DNA of 33,531 nt from an uncultured Caulobacterales bacterium (GCA_964605055.1 CAZSBU010000001.1:1-33531); one strand, 5' to 3'; shown: positions 18,501 to 28,178, counted from the first letter of the stretch. The notes: generated from the letters alone by a model not told the origin. Numbers and translations are program-made.

Positions 18501-19016
18501 GTCAGGCCACTGCGCGGGCGACGCCGCTCCCGGCGAACGCCAAAGAAATCGTTGCAAAAATTCATTGCTGAAATCGACGTTGCCGCCGTCGTCTGCGGTC
18601 CAGATGAACTGGGGGATAGCGTCGGCTACTGCAAAAAGCGTTGAGGAGCCAACCAATTCAAGCTCCGCCCTGCTGTTCTCAAAGCGCTCGCGGACGGCGA
18701 TGAGCGCACATGACCTACCATCTCTCGTGAAGTCGACGGTCTCGACAAAAACGGCACGGCTCCTGCCAGTCTTGTCGCGATGCAGCGACTGCGCCTCGGA
18801 ACCACCAAGCGCACTGAGGTCCATCCCCAGCAATTCATCGCGCGCGTACCCGTAGAACAGGGTCGCGGATTGGTTTGCGTCGACAATTGCGCCGTTTGCC
18901 TTATCGACGACAATGATAGGCGTGGACATGGATTGGATAAGAGCGTGCGCGGCAGCGCCATCTGCGACAATCGCCCTGTTTTGCTCGGCGCGCATGTCCG
19001 ACCCTGCACTCTCCAT
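15501..19016 (-). CDS. Multi-PAS/GAF hybrid sensor histidine kinase with C-terminal receiver
   Basis: Several PAS/PAC repeats, a GAF-like segment, H-box QLTGSVAHDFNNLL, NARDAM, DTGAGM, EPFFSTK, GTGLGLS and REC (VEDD, TDIIMPG, KPF). Confidence 0.95.
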   Translation of the reverse strand: MESAGSDMRAEQNRAIVADGAAAHALIQSMSTPIIVVDKANGAIVDANQSATLFYGYARDELLGMDLSALGGSEAQSLHRDKTGRSRAVFVETVDFTRDGRSCALIAVRERFENSRAELELVGSSTLFAVADAIPQFIWTADDGGNVDFSNEFLQRFLWRSPGAASPAQWPDLLHPYDRDDCLAAMRDAARNGSDFLCEARVRSDSGEYRTLLLTARSWADPATGARRLVGSAVDVDDRRQAEEYSRDAARKVRETLESVSDAFYMLDEQWRYVTVNSNAEKLLGFDREQIIGKTIWEVFPDIVGTEVEVRYRRALDRKSPEWFEYYYPRWNSWYSLHVFPATPGLAIYVRNVTAEREAAAELSLLQAAISTIGDAIIVTEAGSIDEAGPKIVYVNDSFTRQTGYRPEDVIGKSPRLLQGQKTDRKELDRIRRALKAWKPVRAQLVNYTKDGRETVVEIDIVPLSDEMGNYTHFVSTQRDVTERLNAEAAMRLGKERFRAVAQATTDVIWDWDLKTNEIWWNEGYHRVFGLDPVEARQPQAWVRQLHPDDREWVVDSLTQAVKDRVPEWEATYRFFRADGAVRLIEDRGRLIFNAEGEPVRFVGGMTDATERDAAQVALTQYAERLSRNVEALRQLTAFAAGPDVQLHDYLVATAARLLSADGATLAWAEGEELVCVAAYGLALTKRGSRAQVAQSWSGRALQTGETLVCNDTAHEARADVSACVRTGIKSMIAIRLSGRLSGEPGGGVLNVVSGAANFFDKNAVASLELFVQSIEAFIERRRIEEKWRQAQKLEAVGQLTGSVAHDFNNLLTVILGNAETLTRELAGSERLGPLAEMTRRAAERGAQLTSRLLAFSRRQPLDPRATNLARLINSGGILIKRALGESIELHIDAPDDLWPAFVDASQLENAILNLCINARDAMPEGGRLSLQLANVEIAEASAEIEPGSYVLIAVTDTGAGMSPSVQARAFEPFFSTKEPGHGTGLGLSMVFGFAKQSKGHVEIESEEGVGTIVRIYLPRAMAGDGEAKADEAREIVGGLARILYVEDDDLVRGHVLSQLRSLGYKVTEARNAREALAALSHTDDFDLLLTDIIMPGGMNGRDLAEVAVKRAPDLKVLFTSGYAETGVIHDERLEQGIDFIQKPFRQSELDFKIRKVLNGSSERRRRHRET

Positions 19017-19220
19017 TCTGGACAGTCGCCCTAATTGGCGACCATCGACTGAATGGAAAATTCAGGATGGGAATATGAACGGCGTTGCAGCCTCGCAACA
19101 AGACAATTCAACCAGAGTCGATTGCAATCCGCTTGCTGCGCGTGAAATAAGTCACCAGCGGCGAAAGCTGCGTACAAGCCGACAATTAGCGCATTTGTGA
19201 GGCTGGCGACCCAGCGTCAA

Positions 19221-19490
19221 TCAGGCCGCGTTAAGCGGCACCACGTCGATGACCTCGTCAGATCTCTTAACCAACCGCCGCAGCGGAACCGTGACGCGGC
19301 GCAAAGTGCGGGGCGGCCTTGGCAGTTTGACGTCGTTGCCGAGGTTCTCGAACTCATTACACGGATCGAATAAATCCATGCATGGACGCCGCCTCGAGGC
19401 GCGAACCAGATAAACCGCCAAACATCCGATTATGCCGCCTTGCGCAAGCATGATGGCGAGTTGAAAAATTGGAAAATCAACACTTGGCAT
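19221..19490 (-). CDS. Small hypothetical protein with one N-terminal TM helix
   Basis: 89 aa, hydrophobic N-terminus, GGAG-like SD upstream; no recognisable family. Confidence 0.45.
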   Translation of the reverse strand: MPSVDFPIFQLAIMLAQGGIIGCLAVYLVRASRRRPCMDLFDPCNEFENLGNDVKLPRPPRTLRRVTVPLRRLVKRSDEVIDVVPLNAA

Positions 19491-19720
19491 GAAAGCCCTC
19501 CGTCGAAACCTGTACGGAAGTTAAGGCAGGCTTTGAAGAAAATGTATCCTCAAATGGTAGTCTTTTGAATTTTGCGAGAATTGTATTGGATATGCGCTGA
19601 TGACGCGGACCTAGACGCCAGAAATTTATTTCAAGCAAGGAAAATCTGGCGCTTGCCGGATCAATATTATCTAGGAAATGGAGATGGCCGGAAAAAGGAA
19701 TCGACGAGAATTAAATCTAA

Positions 19721-20299
19721 TTAGGCCGACTTTTTACGCCGTTCCTCGACAGTGTTGAAAAACTCGATTGCGAACCCACTCTCAGACAATCGGCACACCC
19801 GGCCGCGCAATGCGCCGATTGCGACCGGCGTTCCGATCTCGGGTTGCATCGTTGATGAAACGAGGCAGCCTGAGCCGGACATGTCAATAATGGTGCAACC
19901 AACGCTCTCCGGCGCGCCTTCGATTTGAGCGGTCGTCTCGATGTTGTACCGGATGCGGACATGCGAACGATCATCAGCAAGTCGAAGGTATGGAGCGCCT
20001 TCGAGCGCGCAGGAGATTCGCGTCTGTATTGACTTGCGCTGGTTCTCACTGAGATTGAGGTGCACCGCAACGCCACTAGCCGTCTTGCGCACGACCTTGC
20101 CGACAAGGCGACCCAACCCTTCAGGATAGACAACAATCTGGCTGCCGAGTTCAGCATCAATATCGCCGATAATCGCAAGGCCAGTCTTGGAAATATCCGC
20201 AAGTTCGGCGCTACCTTCCGCCTCGCCATTGATGAGGTAACGGACGTCTACCGATAGCGTAAATCGCTCCGCGCACCGACGTTCATCTGACTTGCTCAT
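19721..20299 (-). CDS. Tandem PilZ-domain (c-di-GMP effector) protein
   Basis: Two RxxxR / DxSxxG pairs: RCAER + DISKTG and RSHVR + DMSGSG; ATG at 20299 follows a GGAGG SD. Confidence 0.85.
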   Translation of the reverse strand: MSKSDERRCAERFTLSVDVRYLINGEAEGSAELADISKTGLAIIGDIDAELGSQIVVYPEGLGRLVGKVVRKTASGVAVHLNLSENQRKSIQTRISCALEGAPYLRLADDRSHVRIRYNIETTAQIEGAPESVGCTIIDMSGSGCLVSSTMQPEIGTPVAIGALRGRVCRLSESGFAIEFFNTVEERRKKSA

Positions 20300-20387
20300 C
20301 GCCTGGTTCCTCCGCCCGATAACTAATAATAACGGCGGGAGCAGCGGGATAACTATCCTCAAACTGGGAGGTGCGTTAATTCAAAGA

Positions 20388-20404
20388 GTTAAGCAGCGGT
20401 TAAC
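20388..20404. promoter_or_regulatory. CtrA-type box GTTAA-N7-TTAAC
   Basis: gttaa-gcagcgg-ttaac fits TTAA-N7-TTAAC on both strands, about 90 nt upstream of the PilZ gene; an extra TTAA lies at 20376. Confidence 0.55.
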
Positions 20405-21363
20405 AGAACTAGTCGAACCAGCTCTGCCTGCCGCGAAACGCCGGTTTTCTGAAAGACATTCTTTAGGTAGGTCCGAGCAGTGCTGACGGAGACACCCGCC
20501 AACTCAGCCGCCTCCTCAACTGAACCACCCTCGGCCAGACCGAGGACAACGCGCGCTTCACTCGGAAGCAGTTTCAACGCCGCGGCGATGCCGCTGGCGG
20601 TCGCGCGCATCCGTGTCGGATCGCTCAGCACCAGGCTGAAATGCGATGCAACACCATTCTCGCCGCGATGAAAAGCCGCTGAAACCGTGATTGGTATAAG
20701 TCCGTCGTCCGACGGAAAACGGAAAACTGCGTTTGCCTCATCTCCGTTCCCTTCCTTCACCGAGGCCAGAAACGAATGGAACGCGTTGGTTTCGCATGTG
20801 GATCGGCCCCGCAGCTTCCCCTCAGGGCTAATTTCTACCGTACGCGTTCGTTCAACGACCTCCTTCGCCGCGCAGTTGACATAGGTGACCGTCATGTCGG
20901 AAGCGAGGTATATTACGGGGCTCGCTAACCTTTCAACCGTCGCATGCGACATGGTGGAGAGAAGCGTAAGGCGCCTGAGATTAAGCTCAGTCACGGCTGT
21001 ATCGAGGGCAAGCTTTAATTCATCCGCTGCGACCGGTTTGACGAGGAACCTGAAGACGTCAAGCTCATTGAGGGCCGTCAGCGCTGATTGCAGGTCGGCG
21101 TCTCCCGAAACCAGGATATAGATCGCATCAGGACGTAACGCGCGCATACGGGCGATTGTTTCGAGCCCGTTCGCCTCGGGCATGCGCAGGTCGACGATGG
21201 CGATATCGGCCGGGACTGTGCGATGGGCCTCAACAGCCAGATTGGCCGACGTGAAGAAACGCACGCTGAATTCCGGCCCAACTTCACCAAGCTGGGTCTT
21301 CAAATGAGCCAAATTTATAGGATCGTCGTCTACGCAGATGATGCGCAACGCGTTGATCTTCAT
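20389..21363 (-). CDS. Response regulator (REC - PAS-like - LuxR HTH)
   Basis: CVDDD, VDLRMPEANG, KP receiver motifs and C-terminal SVEEAAELAGVSVSTARTYLKNVFQKTGVSRQAEL; ATG at 21363 preferred over the long upstream extension. Confidence 0.9.
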   Translation of the reverse strand: MKINALRIICVDDDPINLAHLKTQLGEVGPEFSVRFFTSANLAVEAHRTVPADIAIVDLRMPEANGLETIARMRALRPDAIYILVSGDADLQSALTALNELDVFRFLVKPVAADELKLALDTAVTELNLRRLTLLSTMSHATVERLASPVIYLASDMTVTYVNCAAKEVVERTRTVEISPEGKLRGRSTCETNAFHSFLASVKEGNGDEANAVFRFPSDDGLIPITVSAAFHRGENGVASHFSLVLSDPTRMRATASGIAAALKLLPSEARVVLGLAEGGSVEEAAELAGVSVSTARTYLKNVFQKTGVSRQAELVRLVLLTAA

Positions 21364-22031
21364 GTCATCGCTGCCCGTGTTACATGACCAGTCTCGGTCA
21401 GTTTGGTTAATGAATTGCGACCGTACGCCGGCGAGCGTCGAAGACTCGACACGGCCATCGCCCGCGTCGCGCGAGCAGCAATATCGCGTCTCGCGCATCC
21501 GGGCTCGCCGAGATCCACTTCGGATCGGATGGACGCAATGGATCCATGCATACTGCTTTTGCATCGCCAATCCTTTTCTTGCCGCCAAGCCGCTGACGCC
21601 GCATCTCGACGCCAGCATACGGACGAGCCGCATGATGCGGGCGCCGCAAAGGGTGGGGGATAAGTTTTTTAACAAAGTGACGAATTTGTGATCCGTCGCA
21701 GGAGTCACATCGCGGGCTCGACACCCGTCTTTTTTTGAGATCGCCTATTTCGATCTACATGGCGCGAAATTTCCTACACAGCTCTCGAGGTTCATGGCCT
21801 CAGAAACCGATCTTCGCTCCGCGGTGAAGGGGCCTCGGGGGGCGTCTAAATTGGGATAGCGCGCCAGACGATTGGGAGCTTCGTCAGCACAAAGTTGGTT
21901 CGTCCTTGTTCGGTAAAAAACATAGTCGAAAATTGCGATCTTTTGTAGCCGAGACTCGCCAGGTCGAGATCATACGCGTAAGGTATGATTGGTGTAAACG
22001 TTGCGTCGATCTACCCAAACAGGACCTGCCA

Positions 22032-23963
22032 ATGACCCTCCGATCCGCTCTGCCCCGCAACGTTCAACCAGAGATTCTTCTTGCTCTGATTTCGTCAGTA
22101 TTTCTTTTGTCGGCTTGCGGCGGCGGGGAAAAGTCCAGCACCTCGCTCGAGGAGACTCGCGTCAAGTCTACCGATGAATTTGTTGCGCGGTCGGGCGACG
22201 CAATCGATCTGACAACTCATCCGGGAAAAGACCTGTTCGCGGCGAATTGCGCGACCTGCCATGATGGTCGCGTCCCCAAGGCGCCCGCGACGGTTTGGCT
22301 GGAGATGATGGCGCCGGACGCCATTCTCGGCTCACTTACCGGCGGCATAATGGCCGCGCAGGCCTCTCATCTTGATGATGCGGAAAAGCGTCAGATAACT
22401 GAATATCTGACGAGGGTATCGCTTGAAAATTACAGGCCGCCTGCCCCGCCGACCTCTTGCAGCGCGGACCGTATGAGGTTCGACGGCGCGGCTCCTGCTG
22501 CGGTCGGCTGGGGTCACGACACCACTCGACATATCCCGAAAGAGGTTGCCGGCCTTGACGCGGCCGATGTTCCATCGCTGACGTTGAAATGGGCTTTTGC
22601 CTATCCAGCCGCAGTTCGCGCACGATCGCAGCCGGCAATTGGCTGGAGCACAATCTTCGTTGGCAGCCAGGACGGCACCGTGTACGCCTTCGATCTTGAG
22701 ACCGGCTGCGTGAAGTGGACGTTCAGGGCGACTGCCGAAGTGCGCACGGGGATTATTGCAGACGTTGAAAACGAGCGGCTCTATTTCGGCGACTTTCTCG
22801 GACGCGCATATGCCGTTGACGCTTTTACAGGCGCGGAATTATGGCGCGTCAAAGTCGATGATCATCCGAATGCGACGATTACAGGCACGCCAACCCTTGG
22901 CGGCGGTAGACTCTATGTTCCGGTGTCCTCCCTTGAGGTGACGTCCGCAGCCGATCCTTTATACGCTTGTTGCACGTTCAGGGGCGCGGTTGTTGCGCTT
23001 GATCCTGACTCAGGCGCAGTGATCTGGAAAACGCACACCATACCCGAACCGCCGTCGCGCCATGCCGAAACGTCGGTAGGAACGCTGGTGCTCGGCCCGT
23101 CTGGCGCCCCTGTATGGACGCCGCCCGCCTATGACGCGAAGCGCGACTGGGTCTTCGTCGGATCCGGCGAGAACTATTCTTCGCCCGCAGACGAAAATTC
23201 CGACGCGCTCTTCGCCATCGACGCAAAGACAGGTCGAAAAATCTGGCAGCGTCAGTTCACGGTCGGCGATGCATGGAACGTCGGCTGTATGATGGGCAAC
23301 GAAAATTGCCCAACGGAAAATGGACCGGATGTCGATCTGTCTGCAGCGCCGCTGTTGGTCTCAGCAAGCGGCGACCGGGATTTGGTGATCGCTGGTCAGA
23401 AATCCGGCGTCGCCTACGGCCTTGATGTCAACACCGGCGAGGTGATCTGGGAGCGCCGCCTTGGCCATGGCGGAACACAGGGCGGCGTTCATTTCGGTAT
23501 GACTACGGACGGCGCTACAGTCTTTGTACCGATTGTTGATATGGAAGACACGTATGACGCTCGAACCTATGACAAATCGCAAAACGGAGCCGGTCTCCAT
23601 GCGATCGACGCCGCGACCGGCGCTGTCCGGTGGAATGCGCTTGCCGATAATGTCTGCAGCGGCCGTCAGTTCTGCGACCCAGGCATCTCGGCGGCGGCGA
23701 CTTCGATACCTGGCGTCGTCTTCGCGGGCCACCTTGACGGCCGCTTCCGCGCTTATGACAGCGAAACTGGGGGCGTGGTCTGGTCGTTCGATACGACAAA
23801 ACCGGTCGAAACGATATCAGGAGCGATGGCGTCAGGCGGCTCCATGAGCGGCCCGGGAGCCGCTATCGCCGAGGGGCACGTCGTCGTCAATTCTGGGTAC
23901 GGTCTATACTTTCATATGCCAGGCAACGTGTTGCTGGTATTTGCAGCCGAAGACGAGGGTTAA
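22032..23963 (+). CDS. Cytochrome c-fused PQQ-dependent dehydrogenase (polyvinyl-alcohol-dehydrogenase-like), probable lipoprotein
   Basis: LSAC lipobox, CATCH heme motif, repeated xDxxTGxxxW PQQ propeller blades and vicinal CC (ACCTFRG). Confidence 0.88.
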   Translation: MTLRSALPRNVQPEILLALISSVFLLSACGGGEKSSTSLEETRVKSTDEFVARSGDAIDLTTHPGKDLFAANCATCHDGRVPKAPATVWLEMMAPDAILGSLTGGIMAAQASHLDDAEKRQITEYLTRVSLENYRPPAPPTSCSADRMRFDGAAPAAVGWGHDTTRHIPKEVAGLDAADVPSLTLKWAFAYPAAVRARSQPAIGWSTIFVGSQDGTVYAFDLETGCVKWTFRATAEVRTGIIADVENERLYFGDFLGRAYAVDAFTGAELWRVKVDDHPNATITGTPTLGGGRLYVPVSSLEVTSAADPLYACCTFRGAVVALDPDSGAVIWKTHTIPEPPSRHAETSVGTLVLGPSGAPVWTPPAYDAKRDWVFVGSGENYSSPADENSDALFAIDAKTGRKIWQRQFTVGDAWNVGCMMGNENCPTENGPDVDLSAAPLLVSASGDRDLVIAGQKSGVAYGLDVNTGEVIWERRLGHGGTQGGVHFGMTTDGATVFVPIVDMEDTYDARTYDKSQNGAGLHAIDAATGAVRWNALADNVCSGRQFCDPGISAAATSIPGVVFAGHLDGRFRAYDSETGGVVWSFDTTKPVETISGAMASGGSMSGPGAAIAEGHVVVNSGYGLYFHMPGNVLLVFAAEDEG

Positions 23964-24715
23964 GCCACAGCAGGCGCGCCTTCGCCTTTCGCCCAGACAA
24001 TGCACCGACGCAATATCTCAGTGTAGGCATCGATTTCCCACGCACCTTTTTCCACGTGGGGATAATAATCGTTCAGCGGCGCCATGTCGAAGTGCGCCCG
24101 CCGGTGACCGAGCGTGAAATAAACGATCTCGCCGGCCCCAACCTTCTTGCGGTAAAGGACGGGGTGACGCCCCTCTTGAGGCCACTCTCGTTCAACAAAG
24201 CCTCGCGCGGGGCCTTGCGCAACAGCATCCATCACAACATCCAATTCTCCGAATATCCGCATATAATAGAGCTCATCGCCGCCTTCGACGTCAAAGTCGC
24301 CTACGCATTCAATCAGCGGGTCGCCCTCTTTTCTCGCGATCACCTTATACGGAGCGATCGGCGGATGCGCCGCGAACTGGCTTCCCAGCAATTCCATGAA
24401 CCCGGTCGTGTCGTCAGGCGCGAACCAGCGTCCGTTATTGTCCTGCGCCAGGATCGAGTTCGTGCCATGCAGGGCGAGCCAACGTCCGCCTTGATCAAGG
24501 AAAGATTTCAGACGCGAGACGGTTTCTCGCTCCGGAACGACATTGCAAGTATAACTGACGATAAACTGCGCATCGTCGATCTGGTCGAGAAATCGATAAT
24601 CCGGCGCACACGTCGTCCGGATTTCGGGATGCGCGGCGAGCATGGTCAAGAGCGACAACCGCGCATGATCGATATCGTGATATTGCCCGCCAGCGATTAA
24701 ATGCGCTCGAATCAT
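23960..24715 (-). CDS. ThuA-like (class I glutamine amidotransferase-fold) protein
   Basis: GGQYHD, GGRWLALHG, HPP, DELY and YFTLGH motifs. Confidence 0.8.
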   Translation of the reverse strand: MIRAHLIAGGQYHDIDHARLSLLTMLAAHPEIRTTCAPDYRFLDQIDDAQFIVSYTCNVVPERETVSRLKSFLDQGGRWLALHGTNSILAQDNNGRWFAPDDTTGFMELLGSQFAAHPPIAPYKVIARKEGDPLIECVGDFDVEGGDELYYMRIFGELDVVMDAVAQGPARGFVEREWPQEGRHPVLYRKKVGAGEIVYFTLGHRRAHFDMAPLNDYYPHVEKGAWEIDAYTEILRRCIVWAKGEGAPAVA

Positions 24716-24835
24716 ATCCCGTCCTTTTCAAATCGACCAACCAACGCTCCCCGCGGCGTTCGTTTATTGAAGATGACTTTGTTCCGTTGATAAGATTAAG
24801 TCGCACGAAAGAGAGTGAGTTCGATCATGCGCTCG

Positions 24836-25288
24836 ATGCGAAAATATGAAGATCTTTTGGTCGGCGAAAAGACTATTTCGCAACCGCTCGCCGTCGACCG
24901 TGTCGATATGATCGCATTCGCCGAACGGTACGACCCGCAGTGGTTTCACTGCGACCCCGCCGCAGCCAAGGCTTCCATCTTCGGGGAAGTTGTTGCAAGC
25001 GGCGTTTACACGGCCGCGCTGTGGCGCAAGCTCGATCATACGATAAACGCCGATGTCGATTTCATCTGCGGTATCGCATGGGAGGATGTCCGATGGCCTA
25101 GGGCTGTGCGCGCCGGAGACCATTTGCGGGCAACGTCGGAGATTGCAGAAAAGCGCCTTTCAGAGAGCGATCCAACGCGAGGCGTCGTCGTGTTCATTTA
25201 CAGCCTGACTAATCAGCATGAGGAGGTCGTTTTCTATTGCCGCAGCATCAATCTCGTCCAGCGACGTTCGGCGTCGGATTTACCATGA
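24836..25288 (+). CDS. MaoC-like dehydratase
   Basis: FAERYDPQWFHCDPAAAKASIFGEVVASG hydratase motif; start uncertain (24815-24836). Confidence 0.88.
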   Translation: MRKYEDLLVGEKTISQPLAVDRVDMIAFAERYDPQWFHCDPAAAKASIFGEVVASGVYTAALWRKLDHTINADVDFICGIAWEDVRWPRAVRAGDHLRATSEIAEKRLSESDPTRGVVVFIYSLTNQHEEVVFYCRSINLVQRRSASDLP

Positions 25289-25583
25289 TTTCACCATTTT
25301 CAATCTGCACACCGAACGTTTCCAGGGGTTTGTCAGTAAGCTGACCCGTCGGGGCGCCGGTCTTTAAGTTGAAGCGCTGACCATGCAGCGGGCAAAAGAT
25401 AAAGAATCCGCGGATTTTCCCGCCTTCCAGTTGCTGCAATTGATGCGTGCAAATATTATTGACGGCGAAAAACCCTTCGCTCGTGTTGCACACAAGGATG
25501 CTTTTGCCTCCGATTTCAAAGGCTTTGCTTTCGTTGACGCTTATTTCCGAGGCAGCGCAGACTTTTGCGTAGCCGTCCGTCAT
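25248..25583 (-). CDS. Rieske-type [2Fe-2S] ferredoxin
   Basis: CTH...CPLHGQRF motif, 111 aa. Confidence 0.92.
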   Translation of the reverse strand: MTDGYAKVCAASEISVNESKAFEIGGKSILVCNTSEGFFAVNNICTHQLQQLEGGKIRGFFIFCPLHGQRFNLKTGAPTGQLTDKPLETFGVQIENGEIMVNPTPNVAGRD

Positions 25584-25592
25584 GAAATTTTC

Positions 25593-26753
25593 CTATCTGC
25601 GCTGATCGAAGCGGCGTCCGATCATCGCCGAGGCGATATTTACTTTCTGGATGTCAATCGCACCTCCGGCAATGCCCCAACCCCATGCATCCCGCATCCG
25701 ACGCTCCATGCCGAACGCTTTGGAATATCCGTACGCGCCCATAAGCTGCACGGCCGACCCTGTTACCTCCCGCGCAATTTCATTGGCGAAGCATTTTGCA
25801 ATTGATGAATCGAGAATGCTTGGCAGTCCAAGTTGCGAATTGCAGGCGACGCGGTGGATCAAAAGGCGCGCCGCTTCCACGCGCATCTGCATTTCGGCAA
25901 GGCGCAACTGCACCGCCTGAAAATCGACGATAGGCTTTCCGAACTGGCGGCGTTCCTGAACATACTCGACAACGTCTTCGAGCGCGCCGGACGCCTGACC
26001 GAGCGCCATCGTCGCATTGCCGCACCGTTCGAGATCAAACGCTTCCATCAATTTTCCAAACCCGCCAGCGGGAACCACGATGTTTTCGAGCGGAAGCGCG
26101 ACATCTTCGAAATAGATGTCGCTCGATGGAACGCCGCGAAAGCCCATCAGGCTCTCTTGCGATCCGAAGCTTAGTCCTGCCGTCCCTTTTTCGACGAAGA
26201 CGGCGCCGATCCCCCGCGCGCCGGGATCGTCCGACATGCGCGCATAGACGAGATAGCCGTCGGCGTGCCCGCCACCTGAGCACCATCTCTTCATGCCGTT
26301 GACGACGACTTTATCGCCGCGGACGACCGCCTTTGTCTTGAGGTCGGTCAGCGCAGACCCGGCGTCCGGCTCTGACATCGCAATGGCCACCACCATGTCG
26401 CCAGCGCACACGGCAGGTATGACTTTCGCCTTGAGCGCATCCGACCCGAAATGCTCGATCGCCTTGACCGGACCGACGCAGGATTCAAACACGGGGAATG
26501 CAACCGCCGACGAGATCTTTGCGAACTCTTCGACAATCAGCAGCGCTTCCAGATTGCCGAGACCGAGACCGCCATACTCGGCGGGGACGTTGACGCCGAG
26601 AAATCCCAATTCAGCATAGCGTTTGACGAGCTGATGCGAGGGCGGTTCGGCGTTCGCTTCGCAGGCGATCGCGACATCCCGTAACTCGGCGCGCGCGTAC
26701 TCCCGCGCCGCATCGCGCAGTTGGGCCTGATCGTCGGACAGTCTGAAATCCAT
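25593..26753 (-). CDS. Acyl-CoA dehydrogenase family protein
   Basis: MSEPDAGS, NGMKRWCSGG, RRQFGKPI and QLMGAYGY motifs; ATG at 26753 after a GAGG SD. Confidence 0.94.
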   Translation of the reverse strand: MDFRLSDDQAQLRDAAREYARAELRDVAIACEANAEPPSHQLVKRYAELGFLGVNVPAEYGGLGLGNLEALLIVEEFAKISSAVAFPVFESCVGPVKAIEHFGSDALKAKVIPAVCAGDMVVAIAMSEPDAGSALTDLKTKAVVRGDKVVVNGMKRWCSGGGHADGYLVYARMSDDPGARGIGAVFVEKGTAGLSFGSQESLMGFRGVPSSDIYFEDVALPLENIVVPAGGFGKLMEAFDLERCGNATMALGQASGALEDVVEYVQERRQFGKPIVDFQAVQLRLAEMQMRVEAARLLIHRVACNSQLGLPSILDSSIAKCFANEIAREVTGSAVQLMGAYGYSKAFGMERRMRDAWGWGIAGGAIDIQKVNIASAMIGRRFDQRR

Positions 26754-26815
26754 CGCATTATCCTCGCAGCCCCACACGCAAACCCTAAACGGGGAGCCGG
26801 ACGGCGCCAACAGAA

Positions 26816-26835
26816 AAGACAGACATGATTGTTTT
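26816..26835. promoter_or_regulatory. Imperfect palindromic operator in the ACAD/CaiB divergent promoter
   Basis: aagacagacatgattgtttt, 17/20 identical to the perfect palindrome at 28179-28198. Confidence 0.55.
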
Positions 26836-26889
26836 TATTCAGCGGTGCGGTTAGTGAAAAACTCAAGCGGATCAATGCGGGAGGACGCT

Positions 26890-28089
26890 TTGACGCAAAT
26901 TCTTTCCGGGGTTCGAGTCCTGGACCTTGGGCGGTACGTCGCCGGCCCTTATTGCGCGACGCTGCTCGGATATTTCGGCGCGGAGGTCATCCGGGTTGAG
27001 CGCCGCAACGGGGGCGAAGATCGCTATATCGCGCCGTTGTTCACCAAGGCTGACGGGACGCCCGGCGAAGGCGGCCTGTTTATGCAGACCGGCTGTGGCA
27101 AGAAATCGGTTGCGCTCGATTACTCCGGCGCGGAGGGACGCGCGGCGATTGTGCGACTTGCCGCTTCGTCCGATGTCGTCGTAGCCAACCTTACGCCTTC
27201 CGCATTGGAAAAACTGGGGCTCGACTGGCCTCGTTTTTCAAAAAACAATCCGCGTGGGATCCTCGTCACGCAAACTGGTTTCGGTTCAGCGGGGCCTGAT
27301 CGCGATAAAGGAGGCTTTGACGGCGTCGCGCAAGCAATGTCAGGCGCCATGCACCTGTCAGGCACGCCGGGCCAGCCGGCCAAGGCGGGCGCGCCTTATG
27401 TTGATTTTTCCACCGCTGTTTTCTCCGCTCTCGGCGTTATGGCCGCCTTGATGGAGCGCGAAAAATCCGGCCGCGGTCAGCACGTCGAGACCTCGCTTCT
27501 TGGTACGGCGCTCGCGGTCATGAATTCCCATCTCGCTGAGCAATCCGTGACTGGGATAAATCGTCCGGGCACAGGTAACCGCGTCCAGACCTCGGCGCCC
27601 TCCGACGTTTTCGCAACGGCAGAAGGGCATATTCTGGTGCACACAGTGGGCGACGGCTTGTTTCGGCGCTGGGCGATGATGGTTGGCCAGCCGGAACTTG
27701 CAGACGACCCCCGCTATCACGGCGATCAGGCGCGGGGCGACTGCCGCGACGAGCTTTGCGCTATCATGGCGGAATGGTGCTGCACCCGATCAACAGGCGA
27801 CGCGCTAAAGGCGCTCGAAGCGGCCGGCCTGCCATCCGGCCCTGTTCTCACGCAGCAACAAGCGGTCGATAATCCTCAGGTTGCCGCGATGGAGTTTTTT
27901 AAGTGGGTCAGTTTCCCCGGCGCCCTGGCGGCCGCGCCGGTCGCCGATCTGCCGATCCGGTTTTCGTCGATCAGCGCCGGCGTCCGGGGGCGCCCGCCCG
28001 TTCTCGGCGAACATACCACCGCCGTCCTGCGCGACGCCGGCTTTAATGACGAGGAAATCGACGCTCTCAGGCAGAGCGGAGCAATCTAG
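26890..28089 (+). CDS. CaiB/BaiF class III CoA-transferase
   Basis: LSGVRVLDLGRYVAGP, GAEVIRVE, GKKSVALD, GFDGVAQAMSG and PPVLGEHT; TTG at 26890 after a GAGG SD. Confidence 0.94.
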   Translation: MTQILSGVRVLDLGRYVAGPYCATLLGYFGAEVIRVERRNGGEDRYIAPLFTKADGTPGEGGLFMQTGCGKKSVALDYSGAEGRAAIVRLAASSDVVVANLTPSALEKLGLDWPRFSKNNPRGILVTQTGFGSAGPDRDKGGFDGVAQAMSGAMHLSGTPGQPAKAGAPYVDFSTAVFSALGVMAALMEREKSGRGQHVETSLLGTALAVMNSHLAEQSVTGINRPGTGNRVQTSAPSDVFATAEGHILVHTVGDGLFRRWAMMVGQPELADDPRYHGDQARGDCRDELCAIMAEWCCTRSTGDALKALEAAGLPSGPVLTQQQAVDNPQVAAMEFFKWVSFPGALAAAPVADLPIRFSSISAGVRGRPPVLGEHTTAVLRDAGFNDEEIDALRQSGAI

Positions 28090-28178
28090 GCCATCACGAA
28101 AACGTGTCTTTTTGGCCAGTTAATTGAGCAATTTCAGACATATACTACCCGACTGACGATGACCTCGAGGCGATGTAA

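Noticed and set aside
19616-19651. Inverted repeat cgccaga...tctggcg in the AT-rich intergenic region
   Set aside because: Short stem with a long imperfect interior and no U-tract; function cannot be supported.
21364-21708. 115-aa N-terminal extension of the response regulator
   Set aside because: No domain-like character; the receiver domain begins at 21363, so this is probably promoter/UTR.
25248-25288. 41-nt convergent overlap of the MaoC and ferredoxin genes
   Set aside because: Short 3' overlaps are common and both proteins look complete.
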